Part shown: in pieces, positions 58,905 through 64,000 of the stretch
Numbering within the stretch: the stretch's first letter is position 1
How the letters are laid out: each line of letters opens with the position of its first letter
Source: a virus
Direction: 5' to 3' (one strand)
DNA length: 64,000 nt
IMG/VR virus record: IMGVR_UViG_3300033047_000016
Position numbers and translations under genes: made by a program
The notes under the pieces: model-generated
What the model was told of the DNA's origin: nothing
Seen by the model: the letters and a program-made list of their open reading frames with translations, nothing else
The model's database searches: none

Positions 58905-59708
58905 TCATGTGAGGCCGTTTGCGCGGGCGTATTTCATACGTTCCGCTGGCTTCATTTTGTCCAACTCAGCGGCGGACAAACGTCCGGTGCTGGTATCAGA
59001 ACTGCCGGATGATCCACCACCCTTGGCACCTTTAAACAGATAGGCGTGCGTCTCACGTTGCTCAAGCAGCCATTCCTTGATCGACTTAGGTGTTACACCA
59101 TCCGATCCGTAAATAACTGTGCCGTCGCTATGCTTCGGCGTAAGCTTCCCATCATCACCAACTCTAAAGGTCGTCAACGCGTTCGGCATAAGCATCGTAA
59201 CCGCGTTTTCGATCATCGCTACGTCCGGGTCAGCGGATGCGATGCGGACTGCATTCTCAACCAGCATGGAGTCTGCCCGTGCTTCGGCTTTGTTCCGTGC
59301 CGTCTTGTGGGCGTCACGATCCTTGGCCATGGTTGCCAACTGGTCTTTCATGTTGTTGGTTACCTCAGTGACGCGCGCCGCAGCCGCTTCTTCAAGGGAG
59401 GTTTCCTCAACCAGTTTGCCGTCCGATACCTTCTTACTGGTATCGCGCAATGCTTCGAGCGTCTTAGCAAAGTCAGACAGCTTGCCTTCTTCAAGGTCAG
59501 GTAGCTGAACGCCGGTGACGCCCTCGTATTGTGCAATTGCCGCTTGAAGAACGTCACGCTCTTTCGTCACAGCAATGTTGTTGTCGCGAAATTCTTTAAT
59601 CTTTCCAGAAGCAGTAACCGAAACTACATACTTACCTTCTTCTTCTTTCGCGGCATCTTGAAGGTCGTCCGGGACCTCCGAAAGACTATCATAAGTGAGT
59701 GTTGCCAT
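58905..59708 (-). CDS. Capsid scaffolding protein
   Basis: KEFRDNNI, coiled coil, YLF.GAKGGG; upstream of MCP. Confidence 0.8.
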   Translation of the reverse strand: MATLTYDSLSEVPDDLQDAAKEEEGKYVVSVTASGKIKEFRDNNIAVTKERDVLQAAIAQYEGVTGVQLPDLEEGKLSDFAKTLEALRDTSKKVSDGKLVEETSLEEAAAARVTEVTNNMKDQLATMAKDRDAHKTARNKAEARADSMLVENAVRIASADPDVAMIENAVTMLMPNALTTFRVGDDGKLTPKHSDGTVIYGSDGVTPKSIKEWLLEQRETHAYLFKGAKGGGSSGSSDTSTGRLSAAELDKMKPAERMKYARANGLT

Positions 59709-59871
59709 CTTTATCTACACACCACCCCGTGGCGCGCCCTTCTTAAGTTAACCTCGACACCGTCGGGGGTGAGAACGGGGAGTTCCCTACTGTGCCAATT
59801 CGTATACTAAATGTCACAAGACACGCATCGTTTTTGGCGTTGATAGTTGAATGTTTAACCCATTGTGCTAA

Positions 59872-59902
59872 AAATGTCAAGGTCAAGCGTAAAAACGGGT
59901 CA
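59872..59902 (-). promoter_or_regulatory. Putative late promoter motif, copy 2
   Basis: TGACCCGTTTTT-N7-ACCTTGACATTT. Confidence 0.65.
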
Positions 59903-59916
59903 CATACAATTTTTAT

Positions 59917-60132
59917 TTAAAGTGTCTCTGGATCGTCGAAAAATCGTTCTGGATCATTGTCGTCACCAAAATGGGCAGCTTTAACTACTTCCGCCGCACT
60001 GACCCCAACCAAGTTTTTCAATTCTTCGAATGTTACTTGGCCATTTGCAAACTCCGCTACGGCGTCCAGCGCATCCGCGTCTAGCTCGTCAAAGTCTGCA
60101 AAGTCTTGATTTATACCACTAATTATTTTCAT
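59917..60132 (-). CDS. Small acidic hypothetical protein
   Basis: ATGA overlap with upstream gene. Confidence 0.6.
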   Translation of the reverse strand: MKIISGINQDFADFDELDADALDAVAEFANGQVTFEELKNLVGVSAAEVVKAAHFGDDNDPERFFDDPETL

Positions 60133-60386
60133 GACGTGGTGCACATAATGGGACCTAATCCCGTTGGGCAGTCATGTCGATTACAACTGTACGACATGGA
60201 CCCTTTCAATTCTATCCCACACTTTGGGCATGTTGGTGAATTCAGCATCGGTGGTGCTGGATATGTTGGTGCCGGATAAAAATCGTCTCGTGGGTGCTCT
60301 AAATAATTATTATGCTTCCGCTGCACCGCAACCAGTTCTTCTAATAGTTCTTCTATGCGCCGTAGCCTATCTGAAAGCTTACTCAT
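60129..60386 (-). CDS. Hypothetical Cys-rich protein
   Basis: CPKC...YSC...DCP; overlaps portal stop. Confidence 0.6.
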   Translation of the reverse strand: MSKLSDRLRRIEELLEELVAVQRKHNNYLEHPRDDFYPAPTYPAPPMLNSPTCPKCGIELKGSMSYSCNRHDCPTGLGPIMCTTS

Positions 60387-62061
60387 CGTCGTCGGTCTCA
60401 TCATCATCATCAGACGATTTCATTTCCGCGTCAATTTGCTTGGTCAGCGCACGGGCATCTTTAGTCTGCTGTTGTACTCCCGGCGTGCTTGGTTCACCCG
60501 GAGACGCTTTGACGTCTTCGGAGGCCATACCAAACTCAGCCCGCATCAAGCGGAATTCGTGGAAGGCGTCTGCATCTGGGAAATTCTTCATTCTCGCCAG
60601 AACATCTACCATGTTGGGGAATTGATTCGACTGCTTCAGGAGGCTCTTATATTCTTCCTCATCCATCCATTCTGGAATTACTTCCGCGCGACTTAGATAA
60701 TCGTAGACAACGTCCACGGGAATAATGCCATCCATATACATTTGGTGGATGGCGCGGAATTCTCTCGCGCCAGCGTCTTTGATTAAGAAGTCACGGTTCA
60801 ATTCAAATGTTATTGCTTTGATGGTAGATTTAGACGCGTTGCTCCAATCCGCCCACCACTGCAATATTTCGGTCACGGCCTCATCAACAGTATCCGCAAT
60901 ATTGAGCAACAGTGTTTGCTCGTTGCGCTCTTGCATCACAAGGGAGTTATCTGATTCGGCTGCGCCACGTGATGATCCGGGCATCATGCGTCCACCGATG
61001 GATGCAATCTGACCTTCTTTTGATCGCAGGATATTTTCCAAATGTTGTAGCCCGCGCCCGTTAAATTCTAGCAGCTTGGCTTCTTCATCTTTATCCAATA
61101 TCCACACGACATCAGGGCCGACCTCATAGTTGCCTTGATCTTGTGAACTATCATTTTGCACGACAAAGATCGGACTACCTGTGTAAAACAGAGCCTGCTC
61201 TAACTGTGCATAAGACATGTAGTGGGAAAAGTTTAATGTGGCAATATCCAAGATCGGCGGCTTCTGCACGTCTGGATAATTTGTGAACGGGCCAATTATC
61301 TTGAATGGAATGTAATCGAGCGTCTTACCGCGCACGGTAGGCGTGACTATTAGGTCTGGTGCTGCATCAATATCTGGGATCGCTGCGGCGTTATCGGATT
61401 CGGAATACACGAATTGGCTATAAACCAGATCACCACTAGCGTCTTCTTCCAACGTCAGTACCCGGAACCTAGATTTGAAGTCGTACGGCGACCAGTGACC
61501 TTCTCTGGAATAGTAAATCTCACGCAGGGTAACCTTCGACAGGACCCACGATCCATTAACCTCTGACATCTGCCAGTCGAGAATATTCTCAGCCGTGTAA
61601 CACGAAATGTATGGGTCTCCGACACCATTAGGATCAGCGTCAACCAACATACCATAGCGACCTACAGCCAAGACTTCCTTTACAGCAGTCTTTGACATTA
61701 GGTGGAGGGACATACCCTCTTTCGTGATTCTCTTTGAAGACTCTTTTAGTTTTGGGGTGAACCCAGCTATTTTAGGTAGCCTACGGAATACAGTACCGTA
61801 CAAGGCATTAAGTGTCCGCGCGGTCATGTTGTAAAACACAGACCGACGTAAATAAGCTTTGTATTGAGTGGCGTTGTGCGTTGCTTGGCGCGGGAGGTAT
61901 TTCTCCCCCTTGCGCTTCACTTCGATTTCACCTATCTCTGCATCGCGAATCATTTCCCAATGTGGGGACCAGTACGCGTAGTCTGGATGCAATACTGGGG
62001 ATGCGCGATAGGGAACGGACAACGCCGCCCTAGTGTCTGGATTTGGTACTGAACTACTCAT
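60379..62061 (-). CDS. Portal protein (DUF4055-like)
   Basis: HPDY...KYLP...Y..YL.R..FYN.T..T; GRYGMLVD; AENILDW; PPILDIA.LN..HY. Confidence 0.9.
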   Translation of the reverse strand: MSSSVPNPDTRAALSVPYRASPVLHPDYAYWSPHWEMIRDAEIGEIEVKRKGEKYLPRQATHNATQYKAYLRRSVFYNMTARTLNALYGTVFRRLPKIAGFTPKLKESSKRITKEGMSLHLMSKTAVKEVLAVGRYGMLVDADPNGVGDPYISCYTAENILDWQMSEVNGSWVLSKVTLREIYYSREGHWSPYDFKSRFRVLTLEEDASGDLVYSQFVYSESDNAAAIPDIDAAPDLIVTPTVRGKTLDYIPFKIIGPFTNYPDVQKPPILDIATLNFSHYMSYAQLEQALFYTGSPIFVVQNDSSQDQGNYEVGPDVVWILDKDEEAKLLEFNGRGLQHLENILRSKEGQIASIGGRMMPGSSRGAAESDNSLVMQERNEQTLLLNIADTVDEAVTEILQWWADWSNASKSTIKAITFELNRDFLIKDAGAREFRAIHQMYMDGIIPVDVVYDYLSRAEVIPEWMDEEEYKSLLKQSNQFPNMVDVLARMKNFPDADAFHEFRLMRAEFGMASEDVKASPGEPSTPGVQQQTKDARALTKQIDAEMKSSDDDDETDDDE

Positions 62062-62134
62062 ATGAACACTCTATGGATAAAATACAACATGTCAAGTCAA
62101 TCACCTAGAACGGTCTAAATTATTGACTCAATTA

Positions 62135-62527
62135 TTATACTGTTGGTATGGCGTTCTTCGTATCGCTTGTCACGGAAGCTCCATGACGGTTCACAGCACG
62201 AATCTCCACAGCATAAGAAGTGGTATTCGTCAGCCCAGAAATTGTTATAGGTCCGGTTGCTGTCGCCCCAGACGTCCACGCCCCAGCGTCTACTCTATAT
62301 TCGATGTCAGCAATTGCTTCACCACTTGTTGGTAGCTGCGTTACGGTGATGGTAAGATCGCCGTCTGTTACTGGATCGGTCAGCGTCCAGTCACCAATGA
62401 CAAAAGCTTCTGAGGGTCCATATACTGGCCCCTTGTACACAGGCTGCGCAAAGATGCCTACAGCAGTGCGTACACTGGCTGGCGGCGCGCCTACGGCGGC
62501 GCGCGTAGCCGAGTACAAGATGCTCAT
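62135..62527 (-). CDS. Fibronectin type III domain virion protein
   Basis: ITISGLTN.TSY.V.IRAVN..G. Confidence 0.7.
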   Translation of the reverse strand: MSILYSATRAAVGAPPASVRTAVGIFAQPVYKGPVYGPSEAFVIGDWTLTDPVTDGDLTITVTQLPTSGEAIADIEYRVDAGAWTSGATATGPITISGLTNTTSYAVEIRAVNRHGASVTSDTKNAIPTV

Positions 62528-62823
62528 TAGTCGTCCAGACGTGTAGACAGGCGAGCCAGTGCGACACTTACGCTAGGCGTGGTCGATCCAGACATTGTCA
62601 CGTATACCGTACAATCTGGTAGCCAAATAACTTCGCCGGTTGATACCGTGTAGCTGGCTCCGGTGATAGGTGTATCGACTGCCGGTCCAACATTGACCTT
62701 CAGTTGTGCTGTGCCGCCGCCGAAGCTACCGCTTAGCGCGAGGAAGTACTGACCAGATTCTACTGGTACAGCTACAGTGTCGCCATCGGCTACAATGCTT
62801 TGTGCAATTACTTTAGTTGACAT
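62527..62823 (-). CDS. Hypothetical virion protein
   Basis: AGGAG RBS; SGSFGGGT motif. Confidence 0.65.
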   Translation of the reverse strand: MSTKVIAQSIVADGDTVAVPVESGQYFLALSGSFGGGTAQLKVNVGPAVDTPITGASYTVSTGEVIWLPDCTVYVTMSGSTTPSVSVALARLSTRLDD

Positions 62824-62912
62824 GGATTCACTCCTATTGAATTCTATGTGCACAATACCACACAGAATCTACCAGCACAAGGCTGTGCGGTCTTTGGGTT
62901 CTGAACGTAATT

Positions 62913-62984
62913 TGGTCAGGGTATCGGGGATCGAACCCGATCAGCAAGCTTCCAAAGCCCACGCCGTCACCAGAACATACCCTG
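62913..62984 (-). tRNA. tRNA-Pro(UGG), non-canonical short D-arm
   Basis: C1-G72, A73, CCA; loop TT-TGG-AA; TTCGATC T-loop; 72 nt. Confidence 0.8.
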
Positions 62985-62991
62985 TATAAAG

Positions 62992-63066
62992 TGGAGCCTC
63001 CAAACGGAATCGAACCGATTTCTCTGGATTACAAAACCAGCACATCACCATTTATGCTTTGGAGGC
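62992..63066 (-). tRNA. tRNA-Thr(UGU)
   Basis: Cloverleaf, loop TT-TGT-AA, encoded CCA. Confidence 0.9.
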
Positions 63067-63150
63067 ATTTGTCTGTTACAATAGACACGAAATGGCTTCG
63101 TGTCCAGTATATAATACATTTGGTGCCAAATTACTCTGACACTTGTGTTG

Positions 63151-63226
63151 TGGTGCTGGCGGTGGGAGTTGAACCCACGACTTCTGCTTTACGAGAGCAG
63201 CGCTCTGGCCACTGAGCTACACCAGC
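63151..63226 (-). tRNA. tRNA-Thr(CGU)
   Basis: Canonical cloverleaf, loop CT-CGT-AA, CCA. Confidence 0.93.
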
Positions 63227-63282
63227 GAGTGCCTGTTACAACGGTCATATAAAGCCTTGTGACCGTTGTAACGGGCATAGTT

Positions 63283-63357
63283 TGGTCTCCCCGGAAGGAA
63301 TCGAACCCTCGATTTTCGGTTTAGAAGACCAAAACCCGATAAACCATCGGCGGAGAG
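63283..63357 (-). tRNA. tRNA-Arg(UCU), non-canonical core
   Basis: 7-bp acceptor, loop CT-TCT-AA, T-arm, CCA. Confidence 0.82.
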
Positions 63358-63361
63358 ATTA

Positions 63362-63436
63362 TGGCACCCTCGGAAGGAATCGAACCTTCAATTCTCAGCT
63401 TAGGAGGCCAAAACCCGATAGACCATCGGCGAGGGT
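63362..63436 (-). tRNA. tRNA-Arg(CCU), non-canonical core
   Basis: 7-bp acceptor, loop CT-CCT-AA, T-arm, CCA. Confidence 0.82.
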
Positions 63437-63567
63437 CAGGAAGACATTACGACACGTTCAATGTCGCAACGGTTGATGCCAATATCGCTAAGTTCGCGCT
63501 CTGACATGCGGTAAAGTTGATCGCGCGCTTTGTTGCGTGCGAGGTAACGGCGGATAGCTGAAAACAT
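63436..63567 (-). CDS. DUF1127 (YjiS-like) small protein, 43 aa (not in ORF track)
   Basis: AAGGAG RBS; MFSAIRRYLARNKARDQLYRMSERELSDIGINRCDIERVVMSS matches L..(L/M)S(D/E)..L.DIG..R.DI. Confidence 0.88.
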   Translation of the reverse strand: MFSAIRRYLARNKARDQLYRMSERELSDIGINRCDIERVVMSS

Positions 63568-63668
63568 TTCGGAAACTCCTTTTGATTGATTTCAAATCGG
63601 AGTATACTCTTATGCCACACATGCACAACACACACGCAGACATTCCCGTCATGCTTCCACTGCATATG

Positions 63669-63756
63669 TGGCGGAGGGCGGAGGAATCGAACCCCACACG
63701 TTTCCGTGCGAACCGCTTTCCAAGCGGACCCCGCCGACCAGACAGGATCGCCCTCC
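63669..63756 (-). tRNA. tRNA-Ser(GGA), 8/4 fold
   Basis: Long variable arm, G73, loop TT-GGA-AA, 8-bp acceptor plus 4-bp T-stem. Confidence 0.88.
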
Positions 63757-63805
63757 ATATGGGCCGCAATACTTACGCATTGTGTAAGCGATAGCGGCCC
63801 ACTAA

Positions 63806-64000
63806 TCAGTGCATCGACGGTGTGCTCTTGAACTTTCCACGCACACCGTGGTCTGCCACGTAAGAAGCGGCAAACGCGTCAGGCTTAGTCTTTACCGTAC
63901 GCCCTGTAACGCCCCTCAGATAGCCCACTGCCGCGCCGTGTGCGCAGTTAGAGCCGTGCTTTGGGTCGGCGTTGATGTCGAGGTGTACTTCAACCTCGTG
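63806..64000 (-). CDS. YkuK/DUF458 RNase H-like protein, 5'-truncated by window edge
   Basis: EVHLDINAD...GSN...AVGYL...KPDAFAAS.VADH. Confidence 0.75.
   Translation of the reverse strand, partial: HEVEVHLDINADPKHGSNCAHGAAVGYLRGVTGRTVKTKPDAFAASYVADHGVRGKFKSTPSMH

Noticed and set aside
63283-63357. Amber suppressor or tRNA-Pyl (CUA lies within the loop)
   Set aside because: Stem register centres UCU; a CUA-centred loop breaks pairing; genes read normally with code 11
63447-63831. Listed ORFs overlapping tRNA-Ser
   Set aside because: They run through the tRNA; only the internal 43-aa DUF1127 ORF has an RBS and a motif

Overview
This is 64 kb of a large lytic siphovirus genome, most likely a phiCbK-like phage of an alphaproteobacterium. 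That call rests on a T7-type DNA polymerase, DUF4055 portal, RcGTA-like tail-tip genes, a DUF1127 protein and PhoH. The + arm (1-23019) carries replication and nucleotide genes: Rnl2-type RNA ligase, intein-containing SNF2-type helicase, HD nucleotidase, PvuII-like endonuclease, Pol A, exonucleases, MazG, SSB-like protein, RecD/Dda helicase, dNMP kinase, ThyX, class II RNR, glutaredoxin, dUTPase and two free-standing homing endonucleases. The convergent - arm (23032-64000) carries lysis, tail fibre and tip, tape measure, a frameshifted tail chaperone, tail tube, neck, PhoH, head accessories, capsid, scaffold, portal and six tRNAs. The strongest signal is a PvuII-like restriction endonuclease with no methyltransferase in the window, in a sequence where a manual read found no CAGCTG, GAGCTG/CAGCTC or GAGCTC (SAGCTS) among about 170 AGCT cores. 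That suggests a phage nuclease with self-protection by site avoidance. Also notable are tRNAs with non-canonical cloverleafs directly downstream of a DUF1127 gene missing from the ORF track. All family calls are by motif recognition; no searches were run.
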